In this document: positions 10,454 to 20,037 of the stretch, piece after piece
Numbering within the stretch: the first letter of the stretch is position 1
Layout: each line of letters opens with the position of its first letter
From: Atopostipes sp.
GTDB lineage: Bacteria > Bacillota > Bacilli > Lactobacillales > Carnobacteriaceae_A
DNA length: 32,621 nucleotides
Assembly (NCBI GenBank): GCA_036752205.1
Contig: DAIOTD010000004.1
Location: 1 to 32,621 of the forward strand
Reading direction: 5' to 3'
The notes under the pieces: generated by a model
Told to the model about the DNA's origin: nothing
Seen by the model: only the letters and a program-made list of their open reading frames with translations
Database searches by the model: none
Made by a program: the position numbers and the translations under genes

Positions 10454-10768
10454 TTATTCTACAAAATCATCTGTAGGTTCTTTCTTTTCTAGCTGGCCTT
10501 CTAATTGAGCGATGCGATTTTCTAAGGCTTCAATATCTTTTCGTTGCGTTAAGTTCATATCTAGTAAAAGACGTTCAATTTCTTCCCGTTCTTCTTTCGA
10601 GGGATCTTTTTTCTTGTTGCGAATGAGTTCTTCTGTTAATTTCTTACCTTCATCAACTGTCAGCTTTCCTTGTTCCACTAAATCGTCTACGTAATCTGCA
10701 ACTTTATCAACTGCGAGTGCTGTTCCACCGATACCGATCATGACAAGTCTTCTTAATTCTTCTAACAT
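10454..10768 (-). CDS. Phasin-like (PHA granule regulator-like) small helical protein
   Basis: LRRLVMIGIGGTAL...VDDLVEQGKLTVDEGKKL...TQRKDIEALENRIAQLE pattern; this family is commonly adjacent to ABC1 kinase genes; RBS AAGGAGG. Confidence 0.8.
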   Translation of the reverse strand: MLEELRRLVMIGIGGTALAVDKVADYVDDLVEQGKLTVDEGKKLTEELIRNKKKDPSKEEREEIERLLLDMNLTQRKDIEALENRIAQLEGQLEKKEPTDDFVE

Positions 10769-10871
10769 TGAAACTCCTCCTTAAGATAGTTAATGGTACA
10801 GTTTTATTATAAATCAAATCGAGCTAATTAAAAGTAATAGCATTACATCAGGGCTATATAATGTGGACATT

Positions 10872-11543
10872 CTAAATATGCATCCGCTTTTGTAATTCTC
10901 GTATCAGTAATTTTCGGTAACGAATCAGGACACCTATAAACATTATTATACTCAATATAACCGAGAGCAGACTTGGTAGAGGATGCCCAACCCAGTTCAT
11001 AATGAGAAACAATAGCGGGATGAGTCCAAACAAAGCCGCTAACTGTAAATATAAAACATAATCTTGAACCTTCAAATTAATAACTTGCATCGCAATAAAT
11101 ATCGCTAGTAAGGCACTCATACTTATGATGGGTACCACAAATGTAATGGACCAACCTCGCCACCCAAATAGATAATCAAAGTAAATAGTTGCAAGGGATA
11201 TTAGTAAAAGATAATACGTGATTACTTTTGCTAAGTTTCTTCGCTTTCGTACAAATATAATCCCTAAGGTCCACGTTATAAAAAGACCAAATAGGATATA
11301 TTCTAATCCGAAAAATTTAAATGGGTAAAAGATTTGCGCAATAAAGTATAACAGTATTAATAGAAGTGAAACTCTGAAAAAAGTTTGCTTCGCTTGATCG
11401 CGATTAAATAACAAGGGATCATTTAAAAAAGAGGTTCCTGTTTTTTTATCTTCACTATTCTCTTGTTTCATACTTGTTTGGCATAAAGGACAGATCTCCC
11501 AATCACCTTTAATAGATGCTTTACAATTCTCACAATAGTCCAT
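10872..11543 (-). CDS. Membrane protein with N-terminal Zn ribbon (DUF6320-like)
   Basis: CENC...CPLC followed by about six TM helices, ending ELQKRMHI; overlaps the acyltransferase stop by 14 nt. Confidence 0.75.
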   Translation of the reverse strand: MDYCENCKASIKGDWEICPLCQTSMKQENSEDKKTGTSFLNDPLLFNRDQAKQTFFRVSLLLILLYFIAQIFYPFKFFGLEYILFGLFITWTLGIIFVRKRRNLAKVITYYLLLISLATIYFDYLFGWRGWSITFVVPIISMSALLAIFIAMQVINLKVQDYVLYLQLAALFGLIPLLFLIMNWVGHPLPSLLSVILSIIMFIGVLIRYRKLLIRELQKRMHI

Positions 11544-12894
11544 TCGAGCCCAACTCCTCTCGCGTCACTTTATTGACATCAATTGTGGCATCTAACCCAT
11601 TATTCGTCAGATATTTTACGAAATACTGGAAGATTTCTGTTTCTACAAATGGACTACTAAAGGTAATATTTAATTTATCTTTGTGGCTAATCATACAAAA
11701 CTGCGGTCGAACAACAGATACAGTAAAATAGAAATCCTCTACGTGTTTATTTAATCCGTCTGGAAGGTTCAATCGTCCCAAGTTTGACATCGCCACAGAA
11801 ATTTTACGATTGTTGAGATGATTAATGGTTTTCAATATCATGTCTTTAATCGGACGAATAATGACACGCGCAAATGGATTCTCTTCAAAAGCTACATAAC
11901 GTTTCAAGCGATCTTCAATAGCTTCTTTTTCAAGTTGTCCTTTAAATTGCTTATCTAATATCTGGCATATCTCTTGAATATCCGGTTCTTCATCCTTTGA
12001 AAATGTATAATCAACGGTTGTTGTACTAAAGAAATTTCGAACGGTTTCTGAAGGAAAGAACTGTCGTAAATTAATCGGAATGGATGCGCTAATTGTCGTA
12101 GTCGCTTCATCCTTATCACTTGTTTCATAAACTGACAGGATATAAATAGCGGTTAAATAAATTGTTAGGGATACATTCATTTCACGAGATAACTGCAATA
12201 CATCCTTCACATCGAACTGTGTATTCACAATGCGTGGTCGCAGATCCGGGGTTGGTGTTCCTTTAATCTGGTAAACTTTCTTTTCAGTTGGTTCTTCAAA
12301 TGGATAAAGTACGACTTTTTTGGATGTCCGTTGATTTTTATAAAGCTGAATAAATGGATCAACAAACCGATTAAACTGTGTTTTTTTCTTCTTCTCTTTA
12401 AAATAACGTTTAAAACTATCCTCTAAATCTTCTTTCTCACGTTTTGAAATAGAGTACAAACCTTCTGTCTCTGTTTCATAACGCAAGCGGATATACTCCG
12501 TGAGTAAATCCTCAAAAAACCATATCGCACCTGTACCATCCGTTAATGCATGAAAGACTTCTAAATGTACTCGATTATCTTTATACAGAACACGAAACAT
12601 AAAGTTTTTTTCTCCCGAATGATAGAGAGCTTTCATTGGAACCCCTTCTTCTACTTGAACTCGAGGATTCACTTCACTTTCTTCTAAATAATACCAAAAT
12701 ATCCCTCTTCGGAGTACATTATGAAATAACGGATACTGTTCATATATGTGATTTAATGCTTCTTGTAATATCTCAGGATTAACTTCTTCAGTCATTTCCA
12801 TCGTCATTCTAAAAACTTTTGTGTCACGCTCATTTTGTGCCGCTAAAAAAATGTTTGAAGCATTATCCAGCCGCATCCAGTTTTTAAATTCCAT
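11530..12894 (-). CDS. CoA-dependent acyltransferase, alcohol acetyltransferase/condensation-domain fold
   Basis: N-terminal WMRLDNASNIF, catalytic FHALTDGTG (HxxxDG), PINLRQFFPSETVRNF and SNLG; RBS AGGAGG. Confidence 0.85.
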   Translation of the reverse strand: MEFKNWMRLDNASNIFLAAQNERDTKVFRMTMEMTEEVNPEILQEALNHIYEQYPLFHNVLRRGIFWYYLEESEVNPRVQVEEGVPMKALYHSGEKNFMFRVLYKDNRVHLEVFHALTDGTGAIWFFEDLLTEYIRLRYETETEGLYSISKREKEDLEDSFKRYFKEKKKKTQFNRFVDPFIQLYKNQRTSKKVVLYPFEEPTEKKVYQIKGTPTPDLRPRIVNTQFDVKDVLQLSREMNVSLTIYLTAIYILSVYETSDKDEATTTISASIPINLRQFFPSETVRNFFSTTTVDYTFSKDEEPDIQEICQILDKQFKGQLEKEAIEDRLKRYVAFEENPFARVIIRPIKDMILKTINHLNNRKISVAMSNLGRLNLPDGLNKHVEDFYFTVSVVRPQFCMISHKDKLNITFSSPFVETEIFQYFVKYLTNNGLDATIDVNKVTREELGSNGLL

Positions 12895-12955
12895 TTTCTG
12901 CCTCCTATCATTTATTCATCCGCTTGAACGGTTACAGTATTTAAATTATCGGTCA

Positions 12956-13864
12956 TCAGTTTAGAAATTCATTCATCAGTTTATATGATTCTGTTAGCGG
13001 ATCAACAAATGGTGGGTACGTTATAAAACCATGTACGCTATTCAAAATACGCTTGATTTCGACATGATTCCCAGCCTCTTTTAATGCGCGCCCGTATGCT
13101 TCCCCCTCATCTCTTAAAGGATCAAATTCGGATGTAATGACTAAGGTATCGGGTTGATTTCTAAAATCTTCTGCCAATAATGGAGCGACGTATGGAGACT
13201 TTCGCTCTTCTTCATTGGGTACATACATCTCCATATATTCATTGATTTTTTTAATGGTTAAACCATAATCGTAGCCATTCTCACGAACTGATTCATACGG
13301 TGAATTTTCATTATGTTCCCAATAGGTTAACGGATAGATCAAAACTTGTTTAATCGGGAGTTTTTCATTTTCATTCCTTAATTTTAGGGAAACAGCCGCA
13401 GCTAAGTTTCCACCGGCAGAATCTCCCATAACAATCCAGTTTTTCTCTTTTCCTTCTCGTTTAGATGTTAACAAGACTTTCACTGCCTGAAGACAATCTT
13501 CAAAAGCAGCAGGATATGGGTGTTCTGGAGCTTTTCTGTAATCAACGACATAAACATTTCGATGTAAATGATTCGCTAAATTCACACAGGCTGATGTATA
13601 CGTATCGACATCCCCTAAAGCCCATCCTCCCCCATGAAGATAGATTACATGCTCTTCGTGCTTTCGTTCTTCTGGATAGAAGATTCGGATTGGGATTTCA
13701 TGATCTTGATGAGCAGAATATATTTTCTCATCTAAAAAATGATAATCCTCACTCGACGTTTTGGATACTGCTTTTTGCATTTTACGCACCCAAACATAAT
13801 CTTCTTGCATATCAATCTTAGGTGAGGATACTAGCTTCATTATAAATTTAAAGAGTGGATTCAT
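12956..13864 (-). CDS. Alpha/beta hydrolase, hormone-sensitive lipase (family IV esterase)
   Basis: HGGGW oxyanion motif, DYRKAPEHPYPAA, GDSAGGNL (Ser), FDPLRDEG (Asp) and HGF (His). Start moved to ATG 13864 after GAGGTG. Confidence 0.92.
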   Translation of the reverse strand: MNPLFKFIMKLVSSPKIDMQEDYVWVRKMQKAVSKTSSEDYHFLDEKIYSAHQDHEIPIRIFYPEERKHEEHVIYLHGGGWALGDVDTYTSACVNLANHLHRNVYVVDYRKAPEHPYPAAFEDCLQAVKVLLTSKREGKEKNWIVMGDSAGGNLAAAVSLKLRNENEKLPIKQVLIYPLTYWEHNENSPYESVRENGYDYGLTIKKINEYMEMYVPNEEERKSPYVAPLLAEDFRNQPDTLVITSEFDPLRDEGEAYGRALKEAGNHVEIKRILNSVHGFITYPPFVDPLTESYKLMNEFLN

Positions 13865-13994
13865 CGATGTCACCTCTTGTATTATTTTTCTAAGTTTAGC
13901 ATATTTCACACTTTAATTCAGTTTTCATAACTAAACTATACAATATTACAAATATTAAAATGATATGAAAAGCAAGCTAATTTTCGAGGCATGG

Positions 13995-14023
13995 TTGAAA
14001 AGAGTCATAAAAAAAGGTATACT
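13995..14023 (+). promoter_or_regulatory. SigA-type promoter of spx
   Basis: TTGAAA (13995-14000) - 17 bp - TATACT (14018-14023); implies a ~110-nt 5' UTR. Confidence 0.7.
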
Positions 14024-14142
14024 AACGTTAGGAAATAATCGTTCGCATTTTAAGGGGTTTCCATTAAATACTTTGGATATTTTGGAACTTCTTCTACTCA
14101 GTAAGGGGCTCGGACGAAATCGTTTAAAAGGAGCAGATTACT

Positions 14143-14553
14143 ATGATTAAACTATATGTATCACCAAGTTGTACTTCATGCAGGAAAGCAAAATCGTGGT
14201 TAGAGGAGCAAGGCTTAGAATATGAGGAACAAAACATATTCCATGAACCTTTAACAAAAAACGAAATCAAAGAAATTTTGATGTTAACGGATGAAGGTAC
14301 CGAAGAAATTATTTCCTATCGTTCACAGGCGTTTCAGGCACTAGACATTGAAATCGATACCCTGTCAATGGCTGAGTTACTAGACTTATTTATTGAAGAG
14401 CCTAGCTTAATTCGCCGTCCGATTATTATGGATGACCGTCGTCTACAAATTGGTTATAACGAAGAAGAAATTCGAATGTTCTTACCAAGAAAAATTCGCC
14501 AAGTTGAACTTGCTGAAATCCACGACAAACTTGCACAAGCGGAATCAGCGTAA
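14143..14553 (+). CDS. spxA: Transcriptional regulator Spx
   Basis: SPSCTSCRKAK (CxxC), GTEEIIS and LIRRPII...LQIGYNEEEIRMFLPR; RBS AAGGAG. Confidence 0.95.
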   Translation: MIKLYVSPSCTSCRKAKSWLEEQGLEYEEQNIFHEPLTKNEIKEILMLTDEGTEEIISYRSQAFQALDIEIDTLSMAELLDLFIEEPSLIRRPIIMDDRRLQIGYNEEEIRMFLPRKIRQVELAEIHDKLAQAESA

Positions 14554-14598
14554 AAGGTTTCATCTAATAGAGGCTCATTGCTGCCTCAATAATTTCTG

Positions 14599-14630
14599 AC
14601 TGACTACCTATATAGGTGGTCAGTTTTTTT
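14599..14630 (+). terminator. Intrinsic terminator after spx
   Basis: ACTGACTACCT...AGGTGGTCAGT followed by a T tract. Confidence 0.8.
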
Positions 14631-14693
14631 GTTTTAAATTTAACCATTTTACCTGGATAAAACAACTTTGTTTTTATAAGCAATGTATTTCAT

Positions 14694-14728
14694 AAAAAAA
14701 GAGCTTCAGGATAAATTCCCAAAGCTCT
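14694..14728 (-). terminator. Intrinsic terminator after pyc
   Basis: Minus strand AGAGCTTTGGGA-ATTTA-TCCTGAAGCTCT-TTTTTT. Confidence 0.75.
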
Positions 14729-14734
14729 ACTTCT

Positions 14735-17700
14735 TTATTCGAATTCGATGAGTAAATCGTCACCTTTTACTTGTTCTTTTTCGGCTACATGAACAGCTTT
14801 AATGACCCCGTCCATTGAAGCTTGAATGGTTGATTCCATCTTCATAGCTTCCGTCACAATTAAAGTATCGTTTTGTTTTACTTTATCTCCTGGCTTAACC
14901 AATACTTTTACGACCGAACCAGGCATTTGTGCTCCGATATGTTTCGGATCTGTTCGTTCTGCTTTTTGGCGAACCATAACTGTTCCTTCCACATTTCGGT
15001 CTTGTATCTCCACTTCATGCGGCAGACCGTTCAAATCAAAGTAGACGGTTCGTAACCCACCTTCTCGTAATGGCCCCACACTTGTAAGCTCGATTAATAG
15101 TGTCTTACCGGTTTCAATTTCAACCATGATTCTTTCATTTAAGTTTAATCCATAAAAGAACGTAGGTGTTTCAATCACTTCTATTTTATTGTACTCTTCG
15201 TAGAAACGCAGATAATCTTTATAAACTTTTGGATAAAGCGCATAGCTCAGTAAAACTTTATCTTGAATAGCCCGCTCTGAAATCCATTCTTTAATTTCTT
15301 CAGTTGCTTGATCAAAATCATAAGCCTCTATATGATTTCCTGGACGGTCCGTAATGAATTCGCGCCCTTTCAAGATGACTTCTTGAAGTTCTTTATTCAT
15401 TCCACCAGCTGGTTGCCCGATGTGTCCTTGGAAGAAAGAAATAACGGATTGCGGGAAATCAAGTTGCTCTCCCTGTGAAATGACGGTCTCTTCATCTAAT
15501 TTATTTTGTACCATAAAGAGTGCCATATCTCCGACTACTTTTGATGATGGCGTAACTTTTACAATATCCCCAAATTGACTATTGACGCGGTGATACATAT
15601 CCAGCACGTCATCAAACTGCTCACCTAGGCCTAAGGAGTTGGCTTGAGCACGTAAATTACTATACTGACCACCTGGGATTTCATAATCATATACTTTTGT
15701 AAAGGCAGTCTTTAAGTCTGATTCAAACGGAGCGTAGTATTGACGAGTTGTACGCCAATATTCGGCCATCTTATCATTCGCCTCTAAATTCACATTAATT
15801 GTTCTGTCTGTACCTTCACGTGCATAAAACAATGCATTCGCATCTGGCTGAGCGTTCTGTCCTGACATTGCAGCATTTGCAGTATCAATAATATCGACAC
15901 CCGCATCAATCGCTCGTGAATACATCGTGGTTGCATTACTACTTGTATCATGTGAGTGCAAGTGAATTGGAATAGACACTTCTTCTTTTAGTCGTTTAAT
16001 TAATTGATAAGCCGCTTCCGGTTTTAATAACCCAGACATGTCTTTAATACCCAGTATATGAACTCCTAGTCCTTCTAACTCTTTGGCTAAATCAACGTAA
16101 TAGTCCATCGTATAGACGGATGAGCGATTTGGGTTTAAAATGTCGCCTGTATAACAAATCGTTCCTTCCACTAACTTGCCTGTTTTTAAAGCTTCTTGAA
16201 TCGGTAACTTCATCGTTTCAATCCAGTTTAACGAATCAAAAATACGGAAAATATCGATTCCTTTTTCAGCACTCGTATGGATAAATTTTTGAATGACATT
16301 ATCTGGATAGTTTTTATAGCCAACTGCATTCGATGCTCGTAATAACATTTGGAATGGAATATCTGGAATTAAGGCTCTTAATTCTTCTAGGCGTTTCCAT
16401 GGACTCTCCTTTAAAAAGTTATACGCCACATCAAATGTCGCTCCGCCCCACATCTCTAATGAGAAGTAGTCTTTCATTGTTTCATTCATATAGGGAGCGA
16501 TTTTTATCATATCATGCGTTCGAACACGGGTTGTTAAAAGTGACTGGTGAGCATCACGCAATGTTGTATCTGTTAATAAAGCATTCTTCGACTCCGTGAT
16601 GGCTTTTGCTACAGCTTCTGGTCCTTCCTCATCTAAAATATGTTTGAAGGTGCGTTGAGAACTTGGTATTGGTAGCTCTGGGATTATTCTTTCCTCAAAC
16701 GTTGGTTTTTTATCCACTTGCACACCTGGGAAACCATTCACTGTGACATCCGCTATATACTTCAAAATCTTCTGTCCACGGTTACGTGGCGGTACAAAGT
16801 CAAATAACTCCGGATAATCTTGAATAAAAGTCGTGTCATAATCCCCTTCTTGGAATTTTGGATGACCGATTATATTTTTTAAGAAACTAATATTTGTCTT
16901 CACACCCACTATTTTCATTTCATCCAGTGCTCGTTCCATCTTTGAAATAGTTTCAGAAACTGTTGTGCCATTTGCAGTGATTTTAACTAATAACGAATCA
17001 TAAAATGGTGAAATATTTGACCCTCTAAAAGCATCGCCTGCATCTAAACGAAGACCTGGTCCACCAGGAGATTGGTACCCAATAATTTTACCTGTATCTG
17101 GCACAAAATTATTTAATGGATCTTCAGTTGTAATTCGACATTGGAAAGCGTAGCCTGAGACTTTGATGTTCTCTTGAGCTGGCATACGAATAGCATCATC
17201 AAATAGATTCTCCCCATCCGCAATTAAAATTTGTGTTTTTACAATGTCAATACCAGTAACTTTCTCGGTAATTGTATGTTCAACCTGAATACGTGGGTTT
17301 ACTTCTATGAAGTAAAATGCATCGCCAGAAACTAGGAACTCAACTGTACCCGCATTCACATAGCCTACGTGTTCCATTAATTGTAAAGCGGCATCATTTA
17401 ATTGTTGACGCATTTTTAAATCTAATCCGTAAGCTGGTGCGACTTCAACTACTTTTTGATGACGTCGCTGTACGGAACAATCTCGTTCATACAAATGAAC
17501 AAGATTACCGTGTGTATCCCCTAGAATTTGAACTTCAATATGTTTTGGCTGATCAATATATTTTTCAATATAAAGTGCATCATTTCCAAACGAATTAAGC
17601 GCTTCTGATTTTGTTCGGTCATAAGCTTCTTCTACTTCACTTTCGGAAAAAACAATACGCATCCCTTTACCGCCACCGCCGCTTACGGCTTTAACAATGA

Positions 17701-18172
17701 TTGGGTAACCATGTTCTTTTCCAAACGTATAAACATCATCAACTGAATCAATTTTCCCGTCTGTTCCCGGAATTACGTTTAAACCTGCACCGATAGCTGT
17801 TTCTCGAGCACGTGTTTTATTTCCAAACATATCTAAATGCTTTAATTCAGGTCCGATAAAGATGATACCTTCTTCTGCACATCGCTTTGCAAACTCTTCA
17901 TTTTCACTTAAAAAGCCATAACCTGGGTGAATAGCATCCACGTTCTTTTCTTTCGCTAATCGTAAAATACCTTCTATATCTAAGTAAGCTTGTGTTGGAC
18001 TGAGTCCGTCACCGATTAAATAGGATTCGTCTGCTTTTTGACGGTGTAACGTACCTACATCTTCTTTTGAGTAAATGCCAATAGTTTTTAATCCTAACTC
18101 GTAGCAAGCACGCATGATTCGAATCGCAATTTCACCACGGTTAGCCACTAAGACCGTTTTAATATTTTTCAT
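14735..18172 (-). CDS. pyc: Pyruvate carboxylase
   Basis: Biotin carboxylase (VANRGEIAIR, HPGYGFLSEN, ERDCSVQRRHQK), carboxyltransferase (DTTLRDAHQSL, IKDMSG, HLHSHD) and biotin carrier (EAMKM) domains; 1145 aa. Confidence 0.98.
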   Translation of the reverse strand: MKNIKTVLVANRGEIAIRIMRACYELGLKTIGIYSKEDVGTLHRQKADESYLIGDGLSPTQAYLDIEGILRLAKEKNVDAIHPGYGFLSENEEFAKRCAEEGIIFIGPELKHLDMFGNKTRARETAIGAGLNVIPGTDGKIDSVDDVYTFGKEHGYPIIVKAVSGGGGKGMRIVFSESEVEEAYDRTKSEALNSFGNDALYIEKYIDQPKHIEVQILGDTHGNLVHLYERDCSVQRRHQKVVEVAPAYGLDLKMRQQLNDAALQLMEHVGYVNAGTVEFLVSGDAFYFIEVNPRIQVEHTITEKVTGIDIVKTQILIADGENLFDDAIRMPAQENIKVSGYAFQCRITTEDPLNNFVPDTGKIIGYQSPGGPGLRLDAGDAFRGSNISPFYDSLLVKITANGTTVSETISKMERALDEMKIVGVKTNISFLKNIIGHPKFQEGDYDTTFIQDYPELFDFVPPRNRGQKILKYIADVTVNGFPGVQVDKKPTFEERIIPELPIPSSQRTFKHILDEEGPEAVAKAITESKNALLTDTTLRDAHQSLLTTRVRTHDMIKIAPYMNETMKDYFSLEMWGGATFDVAYNFLKESPWKRLEELRALIPDIPFQMLLRASNAVGYKNYPDNVIQKFIHTSAEKGIDIFRIFDSLNWIETMKLPIQEALKTGKLVEGTICYTGDILNPNRSSVYTMDYYVDLAKELEGLGVHILGIKDMSGLLKPEAAYQLIKRLKEEVSIPIHLHSHDTSSNATTMYSRAIDAGVDIIDTANAAMSGQNAQPDANALFYAREGTDRTINVNLEANDKMAEYWRTTRQYYAPFESDLKTAFTKVYDYEIPGGQYSNLRAQANSLGLGEQFDDVLDMYHRVNSQFGDIVKVTPSSKVVGDMALFMVQNKLDEETVISQGEQLDFPQSVISFFQGHIGQPAGGMNKELQEVILKGREFITDRPGNHIEAYDFDQATEEIKEWISERAIQDKVLLSYALYPKVYKDYLRFYEEYNKIEVIETPTFFYGLNLNERIMVEIETGKTLLIELTSVGPLREGGLRTVYFDLNGLPHEVEIQDRNVEGTVMVRQKAERTDPKHIGAQMPGSVVKVLVKPGDKVKQNDTLIVTEAMKMESTIQASMDGVIKAVHVAEKEQVKGDDLLIEFE

Positions 18173-18232
18173 TTAGTCACTCCTATACTTTTTCTACCTG
18201 ATTATTATAGCTTATAATTCTCTAAAAAGAAC

Positions 18233-19117
18233 CTATTGCTCAATCATTTCATTATTCAATGCTTTAATCAAAGGCTTCATCCATATTTCCAGTTCACTTA
18301 ATTTGAACCCTTCTTGATGAATTTTATCTGAAATTAAATACTGATCATGAGCGGGGCTAAGTGGAGATGATTCATCAAATTGTTCTTGTTCGACTACATT
18401 TAATTTTTGTCCCGTACCTTCAGCAATCCAATCCATCAATGTTTGGATAGTCACAGCATCAATTGAACTAACGTTATACATACCCGATTTCTCGTTTTCT
18501 ATCGCCCAAAGAATAGAGTCAGCTGCAGTAGAACCTTTCACATAATTCACCTTAGAAGACAGATTTTTCACATATATCTTTTCCTGATTCAGAGCTTTTT
18601 CAATATAAAAATGTAATCGCTCCGTATAATCATCTGTATCTAAAACAATTGGGAATCGAAAGGCTGTTACGGTGAAAGGTGCATGTTTATATAGCACAGT
18701 CTCGGCTTGACGCTTCCCCTCCCCATACGTTACTTCAATGGACTCATCAATTTCATACGCAACCGGGTTAAAATCCTCCTCAACATATCCATCTTTATCT
18801 CCTGAATAGACCGCCATGGATGATGTGAAATAAAAGTTTTCAATTTCACCCGAAAATTTATCGATCATTAATTGTGCATCTTCTTTCGTAAACAAAACAT
18901 TATTAAAGACAGCGTCCCACTTTTCTTTTAGAACTGCTTCCCATCCTTCATGAGCTCCATCTCTTGCATCTAATATCAGATGGTTTACTTCATCACCAAA
19001 TGGATGGGGTTGTTTGCCTCGAGTTGCGATTGTTACTCGGTACCCTTTTTCAATCATTAAACGAACGGCTTTCAAGCCAAAGAATCGTGTTCCACCCAAA
19101 ACTAATATATTTTTCAT
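18233..19117 (-). CDS. NAD-dependent epimerase/dehydratase (atypical SDR)
   Basis: VLGGTRFFG Rossmann motif, TSSMAVY and YGEGK (YxxxK); RBS AGGAGG. Confidence 0.88.
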   Translation of the reverse strand: MKNILVLGGTRFFGLKAVRLMIEKGYRVTIATRGKQPHPFGDEVNHLILDARDGAHEGWEAVLKEKWDAVFNNVLFTKEDAQLMIDKFSGEIENFYFTSSMAVYSGDKDGYVEEDFNPVAYEIDESIEVTYGEGKRQAETVLYKHAPFTVTAFRFPIVLDTDDYTERLHFYIEKALNQEKIYVKNLSSKVNYVKGSTAADSILWAIENEKSGMYNVSSIDAVTIQTLMDWIAEGTGQKLNVVEQEQFDESSPLSPAHDQYLISDKIHQEGFKLSELEIWMKPLIKALNNEMIEQ

Positions 19118-19275
19118 TTCTCATCCTCCTAAATTTATCTTCTTTATCATATCAAAATTTCCATGAATAACTGAACGATAATCCTTCTGTTCATTCTGAG
19201 CACATCATTCGCATCCATTTTTTATCCGTGGTATAAATAAATTAAGCTTACTGATACAAAGAAGGAGGAGTTAGA

Positions 19276-19719
19276 ATGCCGTGGGATATGAAGGACTATC
19301 CTGATTCAATGAAAAACATGGACCCTCTCTTACGTAAAAAAGCAATCGATATTGCCAATGCTTTATTAGCACAAGGGTATGAAGACGACCGCGCAATACC
19401 AATTGCTCATTCTCAAGCACATGAATGGTTTGATAATGCATCAAATCAAGAATTAAAAGAGTTTGAAAATGCACCAAACCCGAAAAAAAATGACGAACAT
19501 CAGAGCGATGCGAATCTTGACTTATTAAATAACGATGTGAAAGTCTTTTACGAAGAAGACCTTTGGAAAGTACAGACAGTCGGTGCTGAACAAGCCGATC
19601 AAACCTTTGAATATAAAGAAGAAGCTATCAACCGAGCAGAAGAAATTGCCAAAAACAAGGAAAGCAAAGTAGTTATTTATAAACGAGATGGCGACTTACA
19701 AACGAAAAGAAAACCATAA
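19276..19719 (+). CDS. YdaT-like DUF2188 domain protein
   Basis: N-terminal MPWDMKDYPDSMKN...KAIDIANALL...RAIPIA and C-terminal W.V....A...F..KEEAI.RA.EIAKN....V.IYKRDG; RBS AAGGAGG. Confidence 0.85.
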   Translation: MPWDMKDYPDSMKNMDPLLRKKAIDIANALLAQGYEDDRAIPIAHSQAHEWFDNASNQELKEFENAPNPKKNDEHQSDANLDLLNNDVKVFYEEDLWKVQTVGAEQADQTFEYKEEAINRAEEIAKNKESKVVIYKRDGDLQTKRKP

Positions 19720-19749
19720 ATAAAACTTTGAATAATAGGAGGACTAAAT

Positions 19750-19977
19750 ATGAGTTTTAACCTGAATGATTTACCACCAAGATTAGCTTTTTTAAACCCT
19801 TGGGAAAAAGGTAAAACCCTTGACTTGGTAAACACAAATACGGATAGTACAACAGATAAGGATTCTATATTTGAGAATGCTTCGAATGAAGCGAAGAAAT
19901 GGTATGAACAAGCTACTGAAGAAGAAAAGGAAGATATTTTAAGACGATATCCGGAAGATAAAGAAATTAAAGATTAA
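19750..19977 (+). CDS. Small hypothetical protein, apparent diverged paralog of the N-terminal domain of the upstream DUF2188 protein
   Basis: RBS AGGAGG, followed directly by a terminator; ungapped similarity to residues 1-63 of 19276..19719. Confidence 0.75.
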   Translation: MSFNLNDLPPRLAFLNPWEKGKTLDLVNTNTDSTTDKDSIFENASNEAKKWYEQATEEEKEDILRRYPEDKEIKD

Positions 19978-19981
19978 TATT

Positions 19982-20020
19982 AAAAAAGAGTACATCCAAC
20001 ATTTGGGTGTACTCTTTTTT
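19982..20020. terminator. Bidirectional intrinsic terminator between convergent genes
   Basis: AAAAAAGAGTACATCCAA-CAT-TTGGGTGTACTCTTTTTT. Confidence 0.9.
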
Positions 20021-20037
20021 TAATAGTTCGTGTCTTT

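Noticed and set aside
13965..14150. 61-aa ORF upstream of spx
   Set aside because: No RBS, starts upstream of and spans the spx promoter, and has no recognisable protein features.
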